Shown here piece after piece: positions 19,115-28,902 of a stretch of 64,000 nt of DNA (position 1 is its first letter; each line of letters begins with the position of its first letter). A program made the position numbers and the translations under genes. This stretch comes from Candidatus Izemoplasma sp. Lineage in GTDB: Bacteria > Bacillota_I > Bacilli_A > Izemoplasmatales > Izemoplasmataceae. The notes beneath the pieces were generated by a model, which was given only the letters and a program-made list of their open reading frames with translations, was not told the origin of the DNA and searched no databases. The stretch lies in NCBI GenBank assembly GCA_029939945.1, contig JAOZRX010000001.1:43384-107383 (forward strand), in the 5' to 3' direction.

Positions 19115-20536
19115 ATGAAAAAAGTTTCATTATTTATTACAGTTTTAATGATGGTGTTTATGTTAGGTGGATGTACAGATTCTAGTTTAGATAATTTAAA
19201 GGTATCAGAAGAAGGTGGAATAATTCCTTTGTCTGGAGATACAACTGATGACACTGGAGATGATTACACATACAGATATACTGATGGTGTTGCTACTGAA
19301 GGTATTTCTACTGAGGGTATTCCTTCTTTAGTTGATGGAGGATCTTACGATATGTCTGGTGACTCTGTATTAGTCTCAGGAGTTGTTACTAAAGCAACTA
19401 GTTCAAGTGTTGGTGAGTTAATTGAAGGTGGAGAAATTGAAGAGTTAACAAATGGACCACAAGCTGGACTTATGTCAGCTAGTGAATGGAGTGACTTACT
19501 AGAATACGAATTCTATTTATCATTATTTGAAGTTTCACAGGATATGTCTGGAGGTATCTTCAAAACATATTTTGATAAAGGATACTTTGATACATTACAT
19601 ATGGTTAAAGTAAAAGTAGAAAGTAACGAAGTAAATTTAAATGGTGCAGTAGTAGCTTTATTAAACTCACAAGATGAAGTTATTTATAAAGCAACAAGTA
19701 ATGCAAATGGATTTGCTTACTTATTCCCACAAACTGATCAATTAGATTTAGTTTCAAATCTTGTTACTGTATATGATGGACAAGTATTAGAACAAGATTA
19801 TATTTACTCAGTTGAAAATAACACATTAACAATTGAAGTGAATACACAAAATATTACTCATGAAGATATCATTGAAATTATGTTTGTTATAGATACAACT
19901 GGTTCAATGGGTGATGAAATAGCTTTTTTCAAAGCTGAAATTGATTATGTAATTGATGAAATCAGTATTGCTAATCCTGAATCAATAATTAAATTAGCAT
20001 TATTATTCTATCGTGACAATTCAGATAATTATGTAACTAGATATTTTGATTTCACAACCGATATAGCATCTCAAAAAGAAAACTTAGAAGAACAATCTGC
20101 TAGAGGCGGAGGAGACTTCCCTGAGGCAGTAGATGTAGCACTAGAAGAAGCGATTAATAAAAACTGGAGTGAAGGTAATACTACTAAGTTATTAGTTCAT
20201 GTACTTGATGCTCCTCCTCATTACAATCAAGAAGATATGACTAGATATTATGATGCTTTATTCACAGCTTCAGAAAAAGGTATTCGTGTTATCCCTATCG
20301 CATCAAGTGGAATAGATAAATATACAGAATATTTACTTAGAAATAGCGCATTGATGACTGGTGGAACATATATTTTTATTACAAATGATTCGGGAATTGG
20401 TGGATCACATATTGAAGCAACTGTCGGAGAAACAGAAGTTGAATACTTAAATCAATTATTAATTCGTGTAATTAATGAATTTCATACTGGTGTTGAAGGA
20501 TTTGTAATTCCTTATTCTTCAAATCCACAACAATAA
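19115..20536 (+). CDS. lipoprotein with von Willebrand factor A (VWA) domain
   Basis: Lipobox MLGGC. MIDAS-like VIDTTGSMGDE, then GGGDFPEA and ALMTGGTYIFI, typical of VWA domains. Confidence 0.8.
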   Translation: MKKVSLFITVLMMVFMLGGCTDSSLDNLKVSEEGGIIPLSGDTTDDTGDDYTYRYTDGVATEGISTEGIPSLVDGGSYDMSGDSVLVSGVVTKATSSSVGELIEGGEIEELTNGPQAGLMSASEWSDLLEYEFYLSLFEVSQDMSGGIFKTYFDKGYFDTLHMVKVKVESNEVNLNGAVVALLNSQDEVIYKATSNANGFAYLFPQTDQLDLVSNLVTVYDGQVLEQDYIYSVENNTLTIEVNTQNITHEDIIEIMFVIDTTGSMGDEIAFFKAEIDYVIDEISIANPESIIKLALLFYRDNSDNYVTRYFDFTTDIASQKENLEEQSARGGGDFPEAVDVALEEAINKNWSEGNTTKLLVHVLDAPPHYNQEDMTRYYDALFTASEKGIRVIPIASSGIDKYTEYLLRNSALMTGGTYIFITNDSGIGGSHIEATVGETEVEYLNQLLIRVINEFHTGVEGFVIPYSSNPQQ

Positions 20537-20764
20537 TATAATAAAAAGATATATAGTAGAATTCTAATTGTTTTGCATAAAGTAATCACTTAGAATATAA
20601 TAATGTCATAGAAGGTAAACACATAGAAAGAGGATACTATAATGGATAAGCATTGCTAAGAATTACATAAAGACCAAAATCTTTTTGGTCTTTTTTTGTT
20701 GATTATATGAAACATAATCATAGTTTGAGAAAGCAAAAAAATGGACTTAGAATGGAGGGATTAA

Positions 20765-21148
20765 TTGGACAATAAAGAGTTTATAGCAAAGTTAGAAGAA
20801 TTAGGTGGTAAGAAACTTACAGATGAAGAGTTAAAAGAATTTGAAGTAATGAGTGAAGAAGAAAAACAAAAAGCTATTCAGTCTTTTGAAGATTTATCAG
20901 GTCTTGCTGATGTAATTACAAATATGAGTGATGAGGAAAAAGCAGCGATAAAAACTTCAATTGAAGCATCTCAAGAATTAGCTCAAAAAATGCAAGAAGA
21001 AGGTTGTGTGGAAGAGGGATATGGTGATGATGGTGAAAAGCTTACTCTTGAAGAATCTGAGGCAAGGGTAGAAGAAATGGAAAAACAACTAGCAGAGAGT
21101 AAAACGTTTTGGGGGAAACTAAAAGCAATTTTTAGAAGTATTTTTTAG
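20765..21148 (+). CDS. acidic coiled-coil hypothetical protein (TTG start)
   Basis: 127 aa, E/K-rich. RBS GGAGGGA 5 nt upstream of the TTG. Terminator at 21181-21217. Confidence 0.45.
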   Translation: MDNKEFIAKLEELGGKKLTDEELKEFEVMSEEEKQKAIQSFEDLSGLADVITNMSDEEKAAIKTSIEASQELAQKMQEEGCVEEGYGDDGEKLTLEESEARVEEMEKQLAESKTFWGKLKAIFRSIF

Positions 21149-21328
21149 ATTTATAAATTTCTTTCTCAAACTAATACTAAAAAAGTCAATGAAAATTAAT
21201 TTCATGTGACTTTTTTAGTTACGATTATATATAATATTAATATATATTTATGTTATAATATCAAATAAGAGGTGTAAGGAATTTTTGAATGTCCTTATTC
21301 TTGGACTTTTTTTAATAGGAGGCTACAC

Positions 21329-24300
21329 ATGAAAACAATACAAAATATAATAAAAGTCTTTTTGTTAATTAGTATATTATCTGGATTAACTGCTTGTGAT
21401 TTATACCTTCCAAAGGATGATGAAATTCTTTGTGATATAGGATATATACTAGTTGATGATGAATGTGTATTAGATGAACAACCCCTTACTTGTGAAGATG
21501 GTTATTCTTTAGTAGATGATGAATGTGTCTTGGATGAACAACCCCTTACTTGTGAAGATGGTTATTCTTTAGTAGATAATGAATGTGTCTTAGACGATGA
21601 ACCATTAATTTGTGAAGATGGATACACTTTAGTAGATGAACAATGTGTATTAGACGATGAACCATTAATTTGTGAAGATGGATACATTCTAGTTGGTGAT
21701 GAATGTGTTTTAGATGTTACAACAGACTTTATGAATGAATCTACTGTCTTAAATGTGATTGATTATGCAGAAGATTATACTTTTTCTGCACTAACACTTC
21801 AAACTTATACAAATAAAGAAGATTCAAGTATTTCATATGTAAGTATTGAAGAATTTTTACAATTAGTAGATGAAGGATTAGTTCAACTGATTATTCAAAA
21901 GGATAATTCATTTAAACTAAACTTTTCATATGATGTACCATATTATTTAACAGATGAATATGGTGATTCAGGATATATTTTTGAAATGGAATTTTTAGCT
22001 GATGAAAATCAATTTAAAATAAACGATACTAATATGTTTAGTGCAATAAACGAGGATTATGATTTCGATTACTATACTTATCTTATATACGATGATATGA
22101 CAAGAATATCAGAGGATCCATCTTTAACAATAGATTTAGATGATTATGGTATGGATATTGTTAAAGAAGATGGAATGTATTATATTCCTTTATATTTAGC
22201 TAATCTATTTTTAACAGGAGCATCTTTGAATGTTTACGAAATGGGAACAGATATTTATATTTTTGATTCAAATATAAGTGTTTCTGTATTTGAAGAATTT
22301 TATATTGATGACTCTACTGTGACTGTGTCAGACATTGCTCTTCATACAGAAAACTACTTAGAACTTTATTTTGATTACTTTTACGGATTAATAGATTATA
22401 AAGGTATTGATTCTTATACTGATATTATTGAATCATATAATCTAACAGAACAAAATACATTTGAGGACTTCCATACAGTATTAGAACAATTTATAAATGA
22501 TCAAAATGATTTACATACAAGAATCTTATCAGTTGGTTATACTGATCAAGATTTTGAGTTTAGTACTGATTATATTGAAGGAACAAAAATATTTGATTAT
22601 AAAAAAGCATATAATGATAAATCTTGTGATTTAGAAACAGAAGAAATGACAATTGAATATATTTATGGAATATATTACGTAAAGATAAGATCCTTTACAT
22701 TAGAAACTGTTAATTTATTAAAAGAATTTAATGATTTTTATCGTGGAAGAGACGTTGTAATTGATGTATCTTGTAATCCTGGAGGAACACTTCTTGGAGT
22801 ATTAGAACTATTAACTTATATGACAAATGAACCAATTGAAATTAATTCGATTAATCCTGCAACTGGAGAAATGAATACTGATAGTTTTATTTCAAATCAT
22901 GACAGAGCTTTAGATGCTAATTTCTATGTAATTACATCTAACTCATCATATAGCGCAGCAAATTTATTTGCTTCGATAGTAAAAGATATGGGACTAGCTG
23001 TAATTATTGGAGAAGATACTTTAGGTGGTGCATCAGCAATTCAGTTAACTGTATTGCCTGATGGAAGCATCTTAGTAAGTTCAAGTAACTACACTTTACT
23101 TAATCTAGAGGGAACTGTTATTGAAGATGGAATAAGTGTTGATATTGAAAAAGAGTTTCCAATAGATTGGAGTACTTATGCTTATGAACTTGATACAATT
23201 TATAATATGTCTTATGATTATACACTCGATGTAAGGCAAGTTGAGAATACAGTCTTCATTGACTTTGAAGATACATTATTAATTGATTCGTTAGATAACG
23301 TTACTTATAAATTAAAAGTACAAGGAGAATTTGATGGTCTTGTCTGGCTTGAAGAAGATTATACTGATGATTTTAATTTCGACTTTACAATGGATTATCA
23401 TTATATTGCATATGATCTAGTTATTGAAGTTAGTTATAGTTTAAACGGAGAGACAATTATTGAGGAAATCTTTATTGAAACATTTGATGATCATTATGAT
23501 TATGTCTCTGAAGGTGTTTATGAATTAGTAATTGGTGAAACAGTAAGTGGCGGAAAACATAATAGATATGATTTAGATTGTTTTAAAATAGTTATTACAG
23601 AAGCTGGAATGTACCGTATATCTTTAAATTATGGAGATTTCCCATATGTAAAAATATTAGATTCTGAGGGTAATTATCTGTATAGTGGACTAGACTTTGA
23701 TTTAACTCCAGGAACATATTATGCTCAAGTAGAATATCCTAGTTATATATTATATGAAGTAGAATTAATTAAACTTGTTGATGATACATTAGAAGGTACA
23801 GAGATTGATATTCCTTTAGGAACTAGTACGCATAGTTTATATGTGGATTATAGCTTTGATCCTGAATGGTTTGAATTTACAGTAACTGAGCAAACATTAA
23901 TGACATTTTCATTAGATTTAGATGAATTTCAATATTATGAAATTAGATCTATAAATAATCGTCCTATTAATGATCATGCTGAAGATATAATTGGAAATAA
24001 AGAAATGACATTTTATATTAATCCAGGAACTTATAAAGTGCAGATTATTACTGTAAACCCTGGAACGGTAACTTTAACTACTACTGCAACAACGGATTTT
24101 GTTGATTATACAGATATTGGTGATTTAGATCCTGATCGTAATTATGGAGAACTAGTAATAGGTGAAAACATAATTTCTTTTGAAGCAACAGGAGATATCG
24201 ATATGTATACTTTAACTCTTACTGAAAATGCAAGTATTGCCTTTGATTATGATAGTACTTTAGGATTTATGCATCGTATATATCCTCATCACTATAGTTT

Positions 24301-25039
24301 TGTAAGAACTGGGGATATAATATATTTAGAAGCTGGAGTTCACTATTTTGAGTTCCAGACATATGATTATATGGTTAGTCCAACAATGACTTACTCATTA
24401 GTTGTAATAGATGATACATATGATGATGATATTGTTAAGGTGCTTGAATTTGGAGTAACTGTGAATAATACTTTTATTTCAGAAGATGATATTGATTATT
24501 TTGAATTTACAATAACTGAAATGGGAGCCTACATCTTCACAACAACCGGAAGAGATTTGATGTATCGAATCTATGATGAAGATTACAACATGATTTATCA
24601 AACTAGTGGGAATAGAACTTACTCATTCTTACCAGGAACTTATACAATTGAAATGGGTCTCTTTGGGGCTTCGTTTAGTTCTGTTGAGTTTGTCACTATG
24701 ATGATTGATTATCAAGTAAGTGATGATGAATATGTCGATTTGATGGGCTTAGACTTAAGTGAGTATACGGTATTAGGAGAAGGATATGATAGTAGAGTAT
24801 CTTCAAGTTTAGAATATGAATATGATTATGATATTTTTATCTTCTATCTTGATGAAACAACCGTTGTAAATGTTGAATGTCTCGGTGATGTATATACTAA
24901 AATATATGGACTTGATGGCGAATCTTATTCTACAAAATATGGTGTTGAGTTAGAAGCGGGAACATATTATTTAATGATATACTCTCGATACGGATATTAT
25001 GATAAAGAATATGAAGTATGGATCGCAATTTACGAATAA
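21329..25039 (+). CDS. 1236-aa surface lipoprotein: Cys-pair stalk repeats, S41 (tail-specific protease)-like domain, five PPC-like beta-sandwich modules
   Basis: Lipobox LSGLTAC and 5 x 20-aa CEDGYxLVDxECVLD repeats. S41-like motifs VIDVSCNPGGT and SSYSAANLFAS. Five D-x-D-aromatic motifs follow: YDLDCFKIVITE, DPEWFEFTVTE, DIDMYTLTLTE, DIDYFEFTITE, DYDIFIFYLDE. Confidence 0.8.
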   Translation: MKTIQNIIKVFLLISILSGLTACDLYLPKDDEILCDIGYILVDDECVLDEQPLTCEDGYSLVDDECVLDEQPLTCEDGYSLVDNECVLDDEPLICEDGYTLVDEQCVLDDEPLICEDGYILVGDECVLDVTTDFMNESTVLNVIDYAEDYTFSALTLQTYTNKEDSSISYVSIEEFLQLVDEGLVQLIIQKDNSFKLNFSYDVPYYLTDEYGDSGYIFEMEFLADENQFKINDTNMFSAINEDYDFDYYTYLIYDDMTRISEDPSLTIDLDDYGMDIVKEDGMYYIPLYLANLFLTGASLNVYEMGTDIYIFDSNISVSVFEEFYIDDSTVTVSDIALHTENYLELYFDYFYGLIDYKGIDSYTDIIESYNLTEQNTFEDFHTVLEQFINDQNDLHTRILSVGYTDQDFEFSTDYIEGTKIFDYKKAYNDKSCDLETEEMTIEYIYGIYYVKIRSFTLETVNLLKEFNDFYRGRDVVIDVSCNPGGTLLGVLELLTYMTNEPIEINSINPATGEMNTDSFISNHDRALDANFYVITSNSSYSAANLFASIVKDMGLAVIIGEDTLGGASAIQLTVLPDGSILVSSSNYTLLNLEGTVIEDGISVDIEKEFPIDWSTYAYELDTIYNMSYDYTLDVRQVENTVFIDFEDTLLIDSLDNVTYKLKVQGEFDGLVWLEEDYTDDFNFDFTMDYHYIAYDLVIEVSYSLNGETIIEEIFIETFDDHYDYVSEGVYELVIGETVSGGKHNRYDLDCFKIVITEAGMYRISLNYGDFPYVKILDSEGNYLYSGLDFDLTPGTYYAQVEYPSYILYEVELIKLVDDTLEGTEIDIPLGTSTHSLYVDYSFDPEWFEFTVTEQTLMTFSLDLDEFQYYEIRSINNRPINDHAEDIIGNKEMTFYINPGTYKVQIITVNPGTVTLTTTATTDFVDYTDIGDLDPDRNYGELVIGENIISFEATGDIDMYTLTLTENASIAFDYDSTLGFMHRIYPHHYSFVRTGDIIYLEAGVHYFEFQTYDYMVSPTMTYSLVVIDDTYDDDIVKVLEFGVTVNNTFISEDDIDYFEFTITEMGAYIFTTTGRDLMYRIYDEDYNMIYQTSGNRTYSFLPGTYTIEMGLFGASFSSVEFVTMMIDYQVSDDEYVDLMGLDLSEYTVLGEGYDSRVSSSLEYEYDYDIFIFYLDETTVVNVECLGDVYTKIYGLDGESYSTKYGVELEAGTYYLMIYSRYGYYDKEYEVWIAIYE
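21431..21716 (+). repeat. in-frame 60-bp tandem repeat, about 4.8 copies
   Basis: Units start at 21431, 21491, 21551, 21611 and 21671. Units 2 and 3 are nearly identical at nucleotide level. Confidence 0.9.
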
Positions 25040-25047
25040 TTATATAA

Positions 25048-25077
25048 GAAAAGCAGACTAGAAAGTCTGCTTTTTTA
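25048..25077. terminator. bidirectional terminator between convergent genes
   Basis: AAGCAGACT-AGAA-AGTCTGCTT flanked by an A-run and a T-run. Confidence 0.75.
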
Positions 25078-25081
25078 GTTA

Positions 25082-26317
25082 CTATATTACGAAATTACCA
25101 TCTTTAAAGATTGTTACTTTAGTTCCATCTTGCATAAGACCTTCAATGTTCATATCAATACTACCAAACATAAAGTCTGAATGAGCCATTGATAAGTTAG
25201 AACCAGCATCTAGTAATTCTTTTTCACTCATTTTAACTCCGCCCAAAACATTCATTGGATAAGCTCTACCAAGAGCTAAGTGACAACTTGCGTTTTCATC
25301 AAATAATGTATTCAAGAATAAAATATTAGAGTTATTAATTGGTGAATCATAACTAATTAATGCAACTTCACCTAAATAACAACTTCCTTCATCTAATTCA
25401 ATTAGACTTTTTAGTGTCTCTTTTTGTTTTGCTGCATCGTAGTTAACTACTTTTCCATCTTTAAATTCAATCCAGAAATCTTCAATTAAATTACCTTGAT
25501 ATAGTAATGGTTTTGAAGCAACTACTTTACCATTAACTCCATATTTGTAAGGCATTGTGAAGTTTTCTTCAGTTGGAATGTTTGGATTAAAGTAAACACC
25601 TTTAGAAGAGTCTTCTCCACCACCTGCCCAAACATGATTCTTAACAAGTTCAACAACTAAATCTGTTCCTAAACTATTTTTAAAATGTAAAGATTTAAAG
25701 TTATAATCGTTTAAGACTTTATTATGAGCTAGCATACTTGTATTATGATCTGCCCATTCTTCTATTGGATCATTTGATTCAGTTACTCTACTTGCTTGTA
25801 AAATAGCATCCCATAAAGCTTCAACTGCGTCTTCACCTTTTAATTTAGGAAATACTTTCTCTGCCCAAACTGTGTTTGGAGCAGCAATTACTGTCCATTG
25901 TGTATGGTTACCCATCATGTGGTCTCGATAGAATTTTAATGCTTTACTTGAAGCAATTCCTGCTTGTTGCATTTTATATGGATCAATTCCAGCATTTAAT
26001 CCTGGGATTGGAGATGTAATGCTAATAGCACATCCACCTTCTTCAACAAAATATTTAAATTTATCAATTCTCCACTGTGGAACTTTAACTAGTTCTTCAA
26101 TTTCCATTGATTCATATCCGTATCTAGATACATAATCATCATTCCATTGAACAATCACTCTTTTAGCTCCAGCGTTATAAGCAGCTTTAGCAATTAATCT
26201 AGCTAAATCTTTTGTTTCTGTTGAAGTATTTATTCCAACTAACTGATTCTTTTGAACATTAGCTCCAACTTCAACTATTAACTTTGCATATTTTTCTAAT
26301 AATTCTAATTTTGGCAT
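25082..26317 (-). CDS. M29-family aminopeptidase (AmpS/PepS-like)
   Basis: LEKYAKLIVEVGANVQKNQ at the N-terminus, with HLALG and a C-terminal H(S)DFMFG motif characteristic of thermophilic metalloaminopeptidase family M29. I prefer the ATG at 26317 over the listed 26341. Confidence 0.85.
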   Translation of the reverse strand: MPKLELLEKYAKLIVEVGANVQKNQLVGINTSTETKDLARLIAKAAYNAGAKRVIVQWNDDYVSRYGYESMEIEELVKVPQWRIDKFKYFVEEGGCAISITSPIPGLNAGIDPYKMQQAGIASSKALKFYRDHMMGNHTQWTVIAAPNTVWAEKVFPKLKGEDAVEALWDAILQASRVTESNDPIEEWADHNTSMLAHNKVLNDYNFKSLHFKNSLGTDLVVELVKNHVWAGGGEDSSKGVYFNPNIPTEENFTMPYKYGVNGKVVASKPLLYQGNLIEDFWIEFKDGKVVNYDAAKQKETLKSLIELDEGSCYLGEVALISYDSPINNSNILFLNTLFDENASCHLALGRAYPMNVLGGVKMSEKELLDAGSNLSMAHSDFMFGSIDMNIEGLMQDGTKVTIFKDGNFVI

Positions 26318-26514
26318 ATTATCATTCCTTTCACAATTCACATTATAGCACGGATTTCACTTTTATTTAATATGTATATTTGTTACTTTTCATCTTTCTA
26401 TTATTTTAGATATATAGTATAATAAATATTAGATGTTTTACTGCTTGGGATAAGGGATATGTTGTCCAAAGCGGTTTGCTTTGGATATTTTTATTATAAA
26501 AAAAGAGGTGCAAT

Positions 26515-26832
26515 ATGAAAGATATAATAGATCGACTAATAAAATTTAGAGATGATAGAAATTGGGAACAATTTCATACACCAGAAAACTTAGCTAAATC
26601 AATCGCAATTGAATCTTCTGAATTACTAATTAATTATCAGTATGGTGATACATATTTTAATATTGAAAATGTTAAAGAAGAGATTGCGGATGTTATGGCG
26701 TATTGTTTATTGCTTAGTGAACATTATGGTTTTGATATCAAAACCATAATGAATGAAAAGATTTCTAAGAATGCGGAAAAATACCCAATAGGTAAGGCTT
26801 ATGGTAAGGCTGATAAGTATAATAAATTATAA
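26515..26832 (+). CDS. MazG-like nucleotide pyrophosphohydrolase (YpjD/dCTPase-like small form)
   Basis: FRDDRNWEQFHTPENLAKSIAIESSELL and EEIADVMAYCLLL acidic helices. Confidence 0.75.
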   Translation: MKDIIDRLIKFRDDRNWEQFHTPENLAKSIAIESSELLINYQYGDTYFNIENVKEEIADVMAYCLLLSEHYGFDIKTIMNEKISKNAEKYPIGKAYGKADKYNKL

Positions 26833-26855
26833 TAATAGGAAAAGAGGTTAACGTT

Positions 26856-28232
26856 ATGAAAAAAGTGTTAATAGTTTTTGGGATATTTATATTTTTACTT
26901 ACAGGTTGTGAAACAAAAGAAAAAACGGGTGATGATCCAATTATTTGTGATGATGGATACTCTCTTATAGATAACGAATGTGTCTTAGATGATGTTACTC
27001 CAGAAGTGTACGTTGCTAGTTATGATTTTTCTACTGATACAGTCTCTACTAGAGATGAAGTGATTGAGAAAGTAGTATTTTATCAAGGTAAAATTCAAAA
27101 TCTTATAGGATCAAGTGCCGAGGGTGAATTAAGTAGTGGATTAACAAGGCTTTCTACAGGCGAAACTTTTTACACAAGAGAAGATTTTGCTTTATATGAT
27201 AATCAAGAATATAACGAAACATCATTTGTTGATATTGAATCATTAATGAATACAGAAATGACAATTTCTACATTAAAAGATACTATTAGTAGATGTGAAA
27301 GTTTTGTTGAAGGTGAGTTTTGTGATGTAGCTGCTTTGGATTATGAATATGCACCTGATAGCCGTATTTTAATGCAAACAGATGGAGATAGATTATATAT
27401 CGAATCATATCGTTATAATGCTAATCTTAATTATGTTTCTGCTGAAATAATGTTTTTTGATTTAATAGATGGATTAGTTTATTTTGAATATGTTAGAGAT
27501 AATAATGAAAATATTGGAGAAGTATTATTTGAAAATGTTTATTATGATCGTTTCATAGAAGGTTTTGGAGCAACTGCTGTTGCGATAAGAGCTGGAGGAG
27601 AAATATATTATCAGTTTGATAGTACAGATGGACTAGATAGATTAAATTTTAGAATTCTTGAGGGAGAGAAATATATCTCTTATAGAAGTAGAGAAAATCA
27701 AATATACTACACATATTCATACTCTCAATATAGAGATACTGACAAATATTATATTGATTTTCAACGTGGAACCAAATCGTTCTTAAAATATAAATTTAAC
27801 TCTTTTAATACAGATGTTATTGTTCAATGGAATCTACTTGAAACAACAGGTTGGGATAAAATAGGTTTAACAGAATCAAACGAATGTCATATCTACAATG
27901 GCGATGTTGAAATCTTGACTGATTTTTATAGAAATGCTTTCCATTCTTATGTAGAATATGCAGAAATTGCACGTGATTACGATGAATCTGAGTTAACTCA
28001 AAGCATCATTGATTTAAGTGATTATGGACTATTATTTAGCGAAGTTACTTTAGAACAGATTAACACTGAAAGAGATAATCTTATAGATAACTTTGATATA
28101 TTAAAAACGTATCATGGATTTTCAGAATCAGATGATTTAAATAGACAAGAACTACTAGATATGTATCCATTCTTTGCAAATGAAGATATCATTGCTGAAT
28201 TATCAGCATTAGTTGTTTTAGATGATGAGTAA
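26856..28232 (+). CDS. lipoprotein of unknown function with one CDDGYSLIDNECVLDD module
   Basis: Lipobox LLTGC. One copy (26946-26993) of the Cys-pair module that is repeated in the 21329 protein. Confidence 0.7.
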   Translation: MKKVLIVFGIFIFLLTGCETKEKTGDDPIICDDGYSLIDNECVLDDVTPEVYVASYDFSTDTVSTRDEVIEKVVFYQGKIQNLIGSSAEGELSSGLTRLSTGETFYTREDFALYDNQEYNETSFVDIESLMNTEMTISTLKDTISRCESFVEGEFCDVAALDYEYAPDSRILMQTDGDRLYIESYRYNANLNYVSAEIMFFDLIDGLVYFEYVRDNNENIGEVLFENVYYDRFIEGFGATAVAIRAGGEIYYQFDSTDGLDRLNFRILEGEKYISYRSRENQIYYTYSYSQYRDTDKYYIDFQRGTKSFLKYKFNSFNTDVIVQWNLLETTGWDKIGLTESNECHIYNGDVEILTDFYRNAFHSYVEYAEIARDYDESELTQSIIDLSDYGLLFSEVTLEQINTERDNLIDNFDILKTYHGFSESDDLNRQELLDMYPFFANEDIIAELSALVVLDDE

Positions 28233-28267
28233 AATTAATACACTATATATAGAAGGGATTGATGTGA

Positions 28268-28615
28268 ATGGATAAAAGAGTAGAAAAAATATTTAGAGAA
28301 AGAGTTTATAATAGTGAAAAAGCAAAAGCAAAGTACTTAGTTGAAAAGAAATTATATGATATTGAATATATTGAAAATATTGATAATAAATTTAAAAGCT
28401 TAAGTACAGGTGCTGTTATATCTAAAATAAACGAAATGCAGTATTTTTGTGAGAGAATAGAGGATTCAAAATTCGTTGTAGTATATAAAGTTTCTGAGGG
28501 GAATGATAATTTCAAACAAGGTAAGAAATATGGAGTAAATATACCAATTGAGATTAATGATGAAGATTATCATAATCTAATATCAAGTGAGGATAGTAAA
28601 CTAATAATTCAATAA
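28268..28615 (+). CDS. hypothetical protein
   Basis: 115-aa ORF with no recognisable motif. Confidence 0.4.
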   Translation: MDKRVEKIFRERVYNSEKAKAKYLVEKKLYDIEYIENIDNKFKSLSTGAVISKINEMQYFCERIEDSKFVVVYKVSEGNDNFKQGKKYGVNIPIEINDEDYHNLISSEDSKLIIQ

Positions 28616-28902
28616 GTAGTTTTTTAAAAGGATTTGCGATAACTTATTATGTTTTCGCAGCTCTAGTTGCAGTTATAGGGTTATCTTTATCCATAGAGGA
28701 AGAATCATGGATGTTCATGGGAGTACTCGCAGTAGTAGCAATGATTGTGTTTAACGGATTAATAATACATGCATTATCTTATTTACTTACCAATGTAGTG
28801 AGTATAAATAGAAAAATCAAATAGATCGATAATGATTATTGAAACAATATTTACTTTTGATGTTTAGTGTTATAATAAAGATATAAAGGAGATGAGCAAG
28901 AA

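Noticed and set aside
20642-20659. 5-codon mini-ORF (MDKHC) with an AAGAGGA RBS, followed by the terminator at 20669-20697, considered as a leader-peptide attenuator for 20765
   Set aside because: The hairpin is the first terminator downstream of the VWA lipoprotein gene and is most simply its terminator. A 5-codon ORF in AT-rich sequence is expected by chance.
21266-21313. Weak alternative hairpins (AAGGA/TCCTT versus GTCC/GGAC plus T7) before the 21329 lipoprotein gene, considered as an attenuator
   Set aside because: The stems are only 4-6 bp and AT-rich, which is too weak to call without conservation data.
21431-21716. Regular 60-bp repeats considered as a possible CRISPR array
   Set aside because: The repeats are contiguous with no unique spacers, are in frame within a 1236-aa CDS, and encode a conserved peptide module.
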